The notes under the pieces: model-generated
Databases searched by the model: none
Told to the model about the DNA's origin: nothing
What the model saw: only the letters and a program-made list of their open reading frames with translations
Made by a program: the position numbers and the translations under genes
DNA from: an uncultured Methanosarcinaceae archaeon
GTDB lineage: Archaea > Halobacteriota > Methanosarcinia > Methanosarcinales > Methanosarcinaceae
Reading direction: 5' to 3'
DNA: 64,000 nt
NCBI GenBank assembly: GCA_963721455.1
Contig: CAVRJG010000008.1
Location: 1 to 64,000 of the forward strand
Shown: positions 11,123 to 20,014 of the stretch, piece after piece
Layout of the letters: each line of letters starts with the position of its first letter
Position numbering within the stretch: position 1 is the first letter of the stretch

Positions 11123-11875
11123 ATGTCACGATTCAAGAAGAAGGTCGCGGTCGTCACGGGCGCGGCGTCGGGCATCGGCAAAGCGACCGCGCTCCGGCTC
11201 GCGTCCGAAGGCGCGAGCGTCGCGTGCGTCGACGTCAACGCCGAAGGGCCTGCGCCAGACGGTCAAGGAGATCGAGGCGGCCAAGGGCAAGGCCAAAGCG
11301 TTCACGTGCAACCTGCTCGACATCGCGTCGATCACCAAGACGGTCAAGGCCGTCGTGAAGGAGTTCGGTCGCATCGACGTCTTGTGCAACGTCGCGGGCC
11401 TCGGCCACTTCGCCGCTCGACGAGGACGAGACCATCGAGAGGCTGGAACCGCGTCATCGGCGTCAATCTCACCGGCACCTACTGGATGTCGAAGACCGCG
11501 CTGCCGTATCTCTTGGCCACCAAGGGCGCGATCGTCAACACCGCCTCGACCGCGGGCACGCACGCCCAGCCATGGAGCTCGGCCTACTCGGCCTCGAAGG
11601 GCGGCGTCATCTCGCTGACCCAGACCATGGCCGTGTCGAACGGGCTCCAAGGGGTGCGGGTCAACTGCATCGCCCCCGGCGGGGTCGAGACGCCCATCGC
11701 CGACCAGTTCAGCCCGCCCGAGGGTGTCGACCTGGCGATCATGGGGCGCATCATGCCGTTCGAACGCATGGGCAGCCCCGACGAGTTGGCCGCGGCGTTC
11801 GCGTTCTTGGCCTCGAGCGACGCCAGCTACATCAACGGCGTCACACTTCGGGTCGATGGCGCCATGAAGGCGTAA
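11123..11875 (+). CDS. Short-chain dehydrogenase/reductase (frameshifted)
   Basis: VTGAASGIG, CNVAG, YSASKGG, VNCIAPG and YINGVTLRVDG. Confidence 0.88.
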   Translation: MSRFKKKVAVVTGAASGIGKATALRLASEGASVACVDVNAEGPAPDGQGDRGGQGQGQSVHVQPARHRVDHQDGQGRREGVRSHRRLVQRRGPRPLRRSTRTRPSRGWNRVIGVNLTGTYWMSKTALPYLLATKGAIVNTASTAGTHAQPWSSAYSASKGGVISLTQTMAVSNGLQGVRVNCIAPGGVETPIADQFSPPEGVDLAIMGRIMPFERMGSPDELAAAFAFLASSDASYINGVTLRVDGAMKA

Positions 11876-11908
11876 GCTGCGGAGACGACTGCTTTTCGGG
11901 GGCCGAAC

Positions 11909-13690
11909 ATGTTCGACGTCATCATTCGCAACGGCGAGGTCATCGACGGAACCGGCGGCACTCGCTTCCGGGCCGACGTCGGCATCAAAGACGGCCGCAT
12001 CGTCAAGATCGGTCGCATCGAGGGCGAGGCCGCGACCGTCATCGACGCGACCGGCAAGATCGTGTGCCCAGGGTTCGTCGACGTCCATACACACTTCGAC
12101 GCGCAGGTGTTCTGGGATTCCGCGCTGACACCGTCACCGCTGCACGGCGTCACGACTGCCTTCGCCGGCAACTGCGGGTTCACCATCGCTCCGTTGTCCG
12201 ACGATCCCGCCGACGCCGAGTACCTGCTCAACATGTTGGCGCGCGTCGAAGGCATGCCCGTCGAGGCCCTTCGCCAAGGCGTGCCGTGGAACTGGAAGAC
12301 CACCGGCGAGTACCTCGATCGCATCGACGGCAATCTGGGTATCAACCTCGGGTTGTCGGTCGGGCACTCGGCCATCCGCCGCGTCGTGATGGGCGCCGAC
12401 TCGACCAAGCGTGAATCGACCGCCGCCGAGCTCGAGCAGATGAAGCAACTGTTGCGCGATGGCCTCGACGCCGGAGCGCTCGGGTTCACGTCGTCGTACG
12501 CCCGCACGCACAACGATGCCGAAGGCCACATGGTGCCCTCGCGCTACGCGACCACCGCCGAGCTCGTCGAGTTGGCGCGGGTCGTGCGGCGAGTTCGAAG
12601 GCACGTCGATCGAAGTCATCCCTCAGGTCGGTCCGAAGTTCGACCAATGGGCCATCGATCTCATGACCGACATGTCGGTCGCGGCGCAGCGCGCCGTCAA
12701 CTGGAACGTGATGTCGGTCAACCAGGGCAACCTCGAAGACTGCTTGGGCAAGCTGGGCGCCAGCGACTACGCCGCCAAGAAGGGCGGCAAGGTCGTGGCG
12801 TTGACGATCCCGATCAGCTTCGGCGTGCGCCTCTCGTTCGCCAGCGGCTTCGTGCTCGACGCCATGCCCGAGTGGGAAGGGCCCGATGCTCGCTCCGCGC
12901 GACGAGAAGATGAAGCTCTTCCGCGACAAGTCGGCACGCGACGCACTCAACGCACGGGCCCAGCAGCCCGACAATCCGCATGCGCACGCTCGCCAATTGG
13001 GACAACAAGATCATCTTCGACGTCATGGCCCCCGAGAACGAGCAGTACCGCGGCCGCATGGTCGGCGACATCGCCAAAGACCAAGGGCCGCGATGCGTGG
13101 GACGTGTTGTGCGATATCGCGGTTGCCGACGAGCTCAACACCAGCTTCGGCTCACCGACCCCGCCCGAGATCCGTCGAAGACTGGAAGGCGCGCGGCGCA
13201 GGTGTGGCGCGACAAGCGGGCGGTCATCGGCGCGTCCGACGCCGGAGCGCATCTCGATCTCCTGGCGTCGTTCAACTACGCGACCGGCATGTTGCAGCGA
13301 GCCGTTCGCGAGCGTGAGATCCTCCCGCTCGAAGAGGCCATCCACCTGATGACCGACGTGCAGGCCAAGCTCTACGGCCTCAAGCAGCGCGGGCAGCTCC
13401 AAGAGGGCTGGCATGCCGATGTCGTCGTGCTCGACCCGACCACCATCGGCACCGACGATGTCGCGATGCGCTTCGATCTGCCCGGCGGCGCCGGCCGGCT
13501 CTACGCCGACAGCCACGGCATCGAGCACGTGCTCGTCAACGGCCGCGCCATCGTGCGCAACGGCGAGCTCACCGCCGAGCGCGGCGGCACGCTCATCCGT
13601 TCGGGCCGCGACACCGAAACCGCCGCGCTCGTCTGGCCCGGGCGCTGCGGCGACAACCGGCAGAGCGCGCCGGTGGAGCGGCAGAGATAG
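11909..13690 (+). CDS. N-acyl-D-amino-acid deacylase family amidohydrolase (frameshifted)
   Basis: IRNGEVIDGTG, PGFVDVHTHFD, GNCGF, SDAGAH and ADVVVLDP. The 3' end is approximate. Confidence 0.85.
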
Positions 13691-13727
13691 CCTGTCGCCG
13701 TCCTACCCCAGGTCCGAGGAGTCAACA

Positions 13728-14660
13728 ATGCCCGCGCCCGAAGCCGTCATCGTCAGTACCGCCCGCACGCCCATCGGCCGCGCCGGCAAGGGCTCCTTCA
13801 TCGACGTGCGCCCCGACGACATGTCCGCGCTTCATCATCGGCGACGTGCTGGGCAAGATCGGGCTCGACGGCAAGCTCGTCGAAGACATCATCTGGGGCT
13901 GCGCCCAGCCGGCCGGTGAGGCGGGCACCAACATCGGCCGGGCGGCCGGCATTCTCGCCGGGCTCGACGTGCCCGGCACCACCGTCAATCGCTACTGCTC
14001 GTCGTCGCTGCAGACGATCCGCATGGCCTCGCACGCGATCCGCAGCGGCGAGGGCGACATCTTCATCGCCGGCGGCGTCGAGGCGGTCAGCCGGTTCGGC
14101 AACGGCGCGGCCGATCGCGGTCCGCCACAACGAACGATTCGCCGAGGCCGAAGAGCGCAGCGCGAAGCGCGGCAACGGCAAGGGCGGTCGCTGGAAGGCA
14201 CCGCAGGGCCTGCCCGACATCTACATCGCGATGGGCCAGACCGCGGAGAACGTGGCCGAGTACAAGAAGGTCAGCCGCGAGCGCCAGGACGAGTTCGCCT
14301 GCGAGTCACAGAACCGCGCCGAGAAGGCCATCGCCCGTGGCTTCTTCGAGCGTGAGATCACGCCCTACAAGAAGGCCGACGGCACGATCGTCTCCAAGGA
14401 CGACTGCCCCCGCGCCGGCACGACACTGCAAGCGCTCGCCGGGCTCAAGCCCGTGTTCAAGCCCACCGGCACGGTCACCGCAGGCAACGCGTGCCCGCTC
14501 AACGACGGCGCGGCCGCGGTCGTCGTGATGTCGGCCAAGAAGGCCAAGGCACTCGGGCTCACGCCGCTCGCCAAGATCATCAGCTCGGGCGTCACCGCGC
14601 TGAGCCCCGAGATCATGGGCCTCGGCCCGATCGAAGCGATCAAGCAGGCGCTCAAGCGGT
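13728..14660 (+). CDS. Acetyl-CoA C-acyltransferase (thiolase), 3'-truncated at junction
   Basis: STARTPIG, NRYCSSS (catalytic Cys), TAGNACPLNDGAAA and MGLGP. The C-terminal NEAF/GHP/CxGGG motifs are absent. Confidence 0.88.
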
Positions 14661-14661
14661 C

Positions 14662-14960
14662 ATGTAGGCGTTTTGAGGTTATCACCAGCTATTTGTGTGT
14701 ATCCAGATGACAAGTGCGAAAATACAACTATTGAAGTGATTCTTCCGGGAGTTGAAAAGAAGGATATCTCCTTCAAAATTAGTGACAGTGGTTTCTATGT
14801 GAAAGCCACCAAAGAAGGTGTTAAGTATGCGGACAGCTATGCTTTTTGCTGCCCAGTAGAACCTGAGAAAGCAGTTGCTAACTATTTAAACGGTGTGCTT
14901 AAAGTTACAGTACCTTATAAACAGGCTCTTGTAAAATTAGTGAATGTTAAAATTGAGTAA
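14662..14960 (+). CDS. Small heat-shock protein (Hsp20/alpha-crystallin), paralog 1
   Basis: LPGV, AxYxNGVLKVTVP and C-terminal V-K-I. ATG at 14662 is one base out of frame (ATGTAGGC vs expected ATG GTA GGC). Confidence 0.75.
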
Positions 14961-15072
14961 GGTTACAATGGCGTGACGATCTTCTCTAAAGGAAGAAAGT
15001 AACTACAAATCACTCACTCGAAATAGCGAAGAGCCATTTTATAAAAGAATGTGACAACGGAGACTCGAATGT

Positions 15073-15255
15073 ATGACTAATATTAAAGTAAACGTTCGGT
15101 GGATGGATGGCTACTATGAGTCATTCGATTGCACAGAAGTTAGATTTGGTTTAGACCTTTTATGGATGATGTTGAATGACAACAAAAATCGGCATATTCC
15201 ACTTCGAAATGTACGGTGGTTTTCAGTTACACCGGTAAGTCGTGAAACAACATGA
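15073..15255 (+). CDS. Small hypothetical protein (60 aa)
   Basis: GGAGA upstream of ATG; protein-like beta-rich sequence (VRWMDGY..EVRFG.DLLWM..RHIPLRNVRWFS). Confidence 0.55.
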   Translation: MTNIKVNVRWMDGYYESFDCTEVRFGLDLLWMMLNDNKNRHIPLRNVRWFSVTPVSRETT

Positions 15256-15425
15256 CTTGAAAGCTATTTCATCCATAAAGATATAAATAAAACGATTCCA
15301 GTATTACAATTTGGACTTGCTCTAAATACATTGAGAGATGAATATTTTAATGGCGAAAATGTCACCTGACGTGTTTTCTGAGACATTTTAATTACATAAT
15401 TGAAAATCTGGATAGATGGAGGAAA

Positions 15426-15587
15426 ATGTATCCAGTAATTGATTATCACAAGTGTAGTGGAGCTCTTGCTTGCTATGAAATTTGCCCTTCAGAAGTTTTT
15501 GATATTCAAGAGATTGATAGAGCAAAGAAGGCAGTTGTAGCCCGCCCGGAAAATTGCATAGAATGCGAGTGGTGCGTAGAAAAATGA
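15426..15587 (+). pseudogene. Dicluster (7Fe/8Fe-type) ferredoxin, C-terminally broken; not in the ORF track
   Basis: GGAGG RBS; MYPVIDYHKCSGALACYEICPSEVF...RPENCIECEWCVEK then TGA where the final Cys-Pro is expected. An AINI tail follows in another frame. Confidence 0.75.
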
Positions 15588-15631
15588 TTGCAATAAACAT
15601 ATTAACGTTCATGGATTTCCTTAACCAAATA

Positions 15632-15645
15632 CGAATGTATAAATA
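15632..15645 (+). promoter_or_regulatory. Archaeal BRE/TATA promoter of Hsp20 paralog 2
   Basis: CGAA..TATAAATA; the same layout and leader (TATTTGGGGGTAA) recur upstream of paralog 3. Confidence 0.6.
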
Positions 15646-15678
15646 TATTAATCGATGACATTATTTGGGGGTAAATAT

Positions 15679-15978
15679 ATGGTGGAAACTTTGAGATTAT
15701 CACCGGTTACTTGTGCATATCCTGACGACAAATACGAAAATCTTCAAATTGAGGTAATTCTCCCAGGAGTCGAAAAGGAAGATATTTCTTTTAAGATTAC
15801 CGATGACAGCTTTTATGTAAGAGCTCGAAAAGAGGGAGTTACGTATCTGGATAGTTACTCAATCTGCTGTCCCGTGAATCCGGAAAAAGCAGTTGCTAAA
15901 TACTCAAATGGTGTACTTAAAGTAACAGTACCATATTTACAACCTTTAGAAAAATTAGTGGATGTAAAAATCGAGTAA
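15679..15978 (+). CDS. Small heat-shock protein (Hsp20), paralog 2
   Basis: MVETLRLSPVTCAYP..LPGV..CCPV..AKYSNGVLKVTVP..VKIE; GGGGGT RBS. Confidence 0.85.
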   Translation: MVETLRLSPVTCAYPDDKYENLQIEVILPGVEKEDISFKITDDSFYVRARKEGVTYLDSYSICCPVNPEKAVAKYSNGVLKVTVPYLQPLEKLVDVKIE

Positions 15979-16248
15979 GGTAACGATGGTATGGCAAGCT
16001 TCTCTAAATGAACAGAAAATGAGACGAAAAGCGAGAAATCGGAGTCGAGAGCTCGCAAAATATTGAAAGTTATTTATGCTTTTTTAGGTAATGTGGCTCT
16101 TGATTTCTGTAAAGTCTTCGCATTTTTGTTGTTTCTTGATTTTTGCCAAGCCGGTACCTCTTTCCTAACCCGGTATCCGTCTCATCCATGATTCAAACAG
16201 GCAAGCTTCTTTTACATTAAAATTGTCATTTTTCGGGGGAATAAGCTG

Positions 16249-16785
16249 ATGAAAGCTGGATTTGTATTACTAATTATTATCTCGGCGGTGCTGATGTCTG
16301 CAACTACGGTCTATGCCCATGAAGGTACCACACATAATGCCACAGCTGTCATGAAGGACGCGAAGGGCAATACCTTGGGGCTGGCCATCTTTACCGAGGA
16401 TGCCAGCGGCATGGTACGCATCAACGTCAACGCAAGCGGCCTGACGCCGGGCCTGCACGGCATCCATATTCACGATAAAGGGAACTGCACCGGGCCGTCG
16501 TTCACTTCTGCCGGCGGACACTACAATCCTCTGGGCAAAGAGCATGGCCTTAACAACCCGAAAGGCCCCCATGCCGGTGATCTGCCCAACCTGAAAGTGG
16601 ACGAGGATGGCACGGGACATATGAATGTCACCACCGAGCTTGTGACGCTGTCACCCGGGACGACCACCCTATTCACAGCCAACGGCACTTCACTGGTCAT
16701 CCATTCTGGCCCTGACGACCAGATGACAGACCCTGCCGGAAACAGTGGAGCGCGGATTACCTGTGGAGTCATTGAGAAAAAATAA
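16249..16785 (+). CDS. sodC: Cu/Zn superoxide dismutase with signal peptide
   Basis: HGIHIH, GGHYNP, HG..PHAGDLPN, LVIH, GNSGARITCG and the disulfide Cys pair. Confidence 0.93.
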   Translation: MKAGFVLLIIISAVLMSATTVYAHEGTTHNATAVMKDAKGNTLGLAIFTEDASGMVRINVNASGLTPGLHGIHIHDKGNCTGPSFTSAGGHYNPLGKEHGLNNPKGPHAGDLPNLKVDEDGTGHMNVTTELVTLSPGTTTLFTANGTSLVIHSGPDDQMTDPAGNSGARITCGVIEKK

Positions 16786-16983
16786 GTTTTTCTTATCCTT
16801 GCAGGAATATGAACCTGGCCAGCAGCAGAGAAAAGACGACGCCCAGGGCCATGAACCCCGTGCTGTTGCGATTACATCGCAACTCCCAGAAAATCTCCGA
16901 TTTCCTGTGATCCCGAAGCGGAACTCGGGAGGCGCAACTAGGGAAGCGCAACCCGGCACTGAAATGACCCACATTTTCTAAAT

Positions 16984-18414
16984 TCACTTATTCCAGAACT
17001 CAGGCGTAAAAAGTACGATCACAGTATAGACTTCAAGCCTTCCTATCCACATATTTGCGATAAGGACCAGTTTTCCGAGAGGAGGAATAGGGTCAAAACT
17101 TCCCATCGGGCCTACTACATTCAGGCCTGGTCCTATGTTGCCAAGGGTAGCTATAGAAGCAGTAACTGAAGTTATGATGTCCATGCCCAGAACTGAGAGA
17201 ATAAGTGCACTTGTGAGAAAGATAAGGAGATATATAACAACAAATGAGACAATAGAGCTGATAATCTCATCGGGCACGCTTTTATTGTTAAATTTAACGC
17301 TTCTTACGGCTCTTGGATGAATAGCCTTGAAGAGTTCCGCTCTGCTGTGCCTCAGGAGGATAAGGATGCGCACAACCTTGATGCCTCCACCTGTAGAACC
17401 GGCACAGGCTCCAATAAACATGACTATAATAAGCACCATTTTCGCAGATTCGGACCAGAGATTAAAATCTGTTGTCGCGAACCCGGTACTTGTCATTATT
17501 GTAACTACCTGAAAAATGGCGAACCTGAAAGAATCAAAAAGGCCTGTGTCGAGGTCCCGCCAGAGCAAAAGGGTAAGAAGCCCGCTTGCTGAAAGGACCA
17601 GGGCTGTATAGAAGCGGAATTCATCGTCTTTAAGAAGAAATTTTTTGTCTATATATATTGCCCGATAGTGTAGGGCAAAGTTTGCACCGGCAACGAACGT
17701 GAAAAAAGTTATTATGTACTCAACGAGAGGGTTCTCAAAAGCTCCAACGCTCAACGCGTAATTGGAGAAGCCTCCGCATGCCATTGTAGCAAAAGTGTGA
17801 TTAAGCGAGTCATAAAGAGAGACCCCTGCAAGCAGAAGGGCAACGACCTGCAGGAAAGAAATTACGAAGTAAACCATCCAGAGGATTTTTGCCGTATCCC
17901 TGATTCTCGGTTTCAGCTTGTCCTCAGTGGGTCCAGGCGCTTCTGCCCGGAAAAGCTGGCGGCCCGCAACCCCGAGTTTGGGCAGGATCGCAATGAAAAG
18001 CAGGATAATACCCATGCCCCCGAGCCACTGCATCATGCCCCTCCAGAAAAGGATGCCTTTCGGATGGCTTTCGATGTCGGTTAGAATTGTCGAACCTGTG
18101 GTGGTAAATGCCGACATGGATTCAAAAACAGAATTCAGGGGAGAAATCCCGTCCATCATGAAAGGAATGGCTCCGAAAACAGCAGCTGCAAGCCATCCCA
18201 GGGCAACGATTGCAAAGCCCTCCTTGCGCATCCATTCCTCTTCGGTCTTATAGGAGAACAGGAGAAATCCTGTAAGGGTGGTTATGAAAATAGAAACCAG
18301 AAAAGGAGTTAAATTCTCCCCGTAATAGTATGCAACTCCGAGAGGGACTATCATGAACAGTCCCAGAAGCCTGAGTAAGCCACCAAGTACATACAGGACA
18401 ACTTTAAAATTCAT
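16984..18414 (-). CDS. trkH: Trk potassium uptake membrane protein
   Basis: FESMSAFTTTGS, GGMGII, GACAGSTGGGIK, LGNIGPG and IGRLE. Confidence 0.95.
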   Translation of the reverse strand: MNFKVVLYVLGGLLRLLGLFMIVPLGVAYYYGENLTPFLVSIFITTLTGFLLFSYKTEEEWMRKEGFAIVALGWLAAAVFGAIPFMMDGISPLNSVFESMSAFTTTGSTILTDIESHPKGILFWRGMMQWLGGMGIILLFIAILPKLGVAGRQLFRAEAPGPTEDKLKPRIRDTAKILWMVYFVISFLQVVALLLAGVSLYDSLNHTFATMACGGFSNYALSVGAFENPLVEYIITFFTFVAGANFALHYRAIYIDKKFLLKDDEFRFYTALVLSASGLLTLLLWRDLDTGLFDSFRFAIFQVVTIMTSTGFATTDFNLWSESAKMVLIIVMFIGACAGSTGGGIKVVRILILLRHSRAELFKAIHPRAVRSVKFNNKSVPDEIISSIVSFVVIYLLIFLTSALILSVLGMDIITSVTASIATLGNIGPGLNVVGPMGSFDPIPPLGKLVLIANMWIGRLEVYTVIVLFTPEFWNK

Positions 18415-18469
18415 CAGGCCCTCTGATTTACAACTTATTATACCCTTTATTGCCGTTTCTATTTATTTC

Positions 18470-19816
18470 TTACTTAAAAAATTTTTCCACAGCTGAAACA
18501 GCTGAAGATAGTGCGAAAACGATTACTCTGTCTCCTTCCTGAATTACGAAATTTCCTCTAGGAATGATGACATCATCATTGTGAACAACCATGGTAACTA
18601 TTGCACCTTTAGGAAACTTAACTTTTTCAAGGGGTTTTCCGACAATCTTTGACTGTCTGGAAGTCGTATACTCGATGATTTCGGCTTTTTCTCCTTCAAG
18701 AGTGGCCAGAGTCTGTATTCCTCTTCCCATGGTAAGCTTGAGCACTTCATTTACTGTCGCTTCCCTGGGACTGACTGCCATATCTATCCCAACCATTTCA
18801 AAGAGAGGCACGTAATCTGGACGGTCAGCTCTTGCGATCACCTTTTTTGCTCCCATTTGCTTTGCTAGAAGAGAGCACAGGAGATTTTTCTCATCATTGT
18901 CCGTAACCGCAATAACTACGTCCATTTCCTCTATATTTTCTTCTCTCAGGAGGTTAACGTCAGTTCCATCTCCGTTTAAAACAAGGGCGTTCTCCAGCAT
19001 CTCGGCTACTTCTATACAGCGGCTTTTCCGGGACTCTATGATCTTGAGATCTGCGTTTTCATCTTTATCTATTATTTTTGCCAGATAAAAACCTACAATT
19101 CCGCAGCCTATAAGGAGGATTCGAGTCCTGTGAGGTTTCTCGTCCCCGAAAATGCGGATAAGGCTTTCCATGGCTTTGGGCTTACCTACGACTACTATAT
19201 GGTCTTTTTCCTTGACCACATAATTTCCACGAGGGATGATTATTTCGTCTTTCCGAAAGATCGCACTGACAATGCAACAATCATCGAGTTTGAGATCTTG
19301 CATCTGCTTTCCTACAAGTTTGTTGTCAGGACGGATGGCAAATTCCATCATCTGAACTTTTCCCCCCGCAAAAACTTCCGCATCTATGGCAGATGGGTTT
19401 GAAAGCACTTCAGCGACCTCAGAGGCAAGTGCAAGTTCCGGGCAGATCATGACATCGACCCCGACCTGAGCTCTAGAGGTTACAGGCACATCGATGTAGT
19501 CAGGATTGCTGACTCTTGCAATCGTTTTTATATCTCTCCATCCGGGGTGGGATCTGATGATCAGTTTTGCAGTCATACAGGCGACAATGTTGACTTCATC
19601 AATACCTGTGACAGCAACCAGAATATCCGTATCGTGAAGAATGCTGGCGAGAATATCGGCGTTTGCACCATTTCCCTCCAAAACCTGAACATCCAGTTCA
19701 TCTGCCCTTCTTGCGGTTTCCTCATCTTTTTCAACAACGATCACGTCGTGTGTGAGGGAAAGAAACTTTGCGATATGATATCCAACTTCGCCTGCCCCTA
19801 CAACTATTGCTTTCAT
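18470..19816 (-). CDS. trkA: Trk potassium uptake NAD-binding protein
   Basis: Two RCK_N/RCK_C pairs with GAGEVG and GCGIVG. Confidence 0.95.
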   Translation of the reverse strand: MKAIVVGAGEVGYHIAKFLSLTHDVIVVEKDEETARRADELDVQVLEGNGANADILASILHDTDILVAVTGIDEVNIVACMTAKLIIRSHPGWRDIKTIARVSNPDYIDVPVTSRAQVGVDVMICPELALASEVAEVLSNPSAIDAEVFAGGKVQMMEFAIRPDNKLVGKQMQDLKLDDCCIVSAIFRKDEIIIPRGNYVVKEKDHIVVVGKPKAMESLIRIFGDEKPHRTRILLIGCGIVGFYLAKIIDKDENADLKIIESRKSRCIEVAEMLENALVLNGDGTDVNLLREENIEEMDVVIAVTDNDEKNLLCSLLAKQMGAKKVIARADRPDYVPLFEMVGIDMAVSPREATVNEVLKLTMGRGIQTLATLEGEKAEIIEYTTSRQSKIVGKPLEKVKFPKGAIVTMVVHNDDVIIPRGNFVIQEGDRVIVFALSSAVSAVEKFFK

Positions 19817-19964
19817 AAGATTCCCTCAAAAAAGACTGATTTCAAATAGATTAAAACTGCTTGGATAAGTAGTCTTTGGAAAAAAGAAAACTTAAATGGG
19901 CGCATTTCTAAGGAATACTCTTTCCGTACTGAATTGACTTAGTTAATTGATGTAAAAACTACCA

Positions 19965-20000
19965 AGACGAAAAAAGACGAAGCCGGTGGAAACCAGCTTC
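19965..20000 (-). terminator. Probable terminator of the kdp operon
   Basis: On the minus strand, the GAAGCTGGT-TTCC-ACCGGCTTC hairpin is followed by GTCTTTTTT, just after the kdpD stop. Confidence 0.5.
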
Positions 20001-20014
20001 CAGTGATTTTTACA

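Noticed and set aside
830-14660. Genuine genomic island or programmed frameshifting in the GC-rich block
   Set aside because: No mobility genes or att/terminal repeats seen, both ends cut mid-gene, and the scattered indels come without obvious nonsense decay, which fits read error better. Not excluded without reads.
14662-14667. Pyrrolysine (ATG-TAG) start of Hsp20 copy 1
   Set aside because: That frame hits TGA three codons later; a one-base loss explains the sequence better. No TAG-interrupted gene was noticed elsewhere.
692-14685. Numerous long overlapping Arg/Pro/Ala-rich ORFs in the track
   Set aside because: Shadow or antisense frames expected in high-GC DNA; only the motif-bearing segments were used.
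15585-15596. Selenocysteine read-through of the ferredoxin TGA
   Set aside because: Read-through gives only U-L-Q-stop without the conserved Pro or tail, and Methanosarcina is not known to use Sec.
16690-16987. Short ORFs between sodC and trkH
   Set aside because: There is a hydrophobic patch that might be a gene remnant, but no recognisable family and they overlap real genes.
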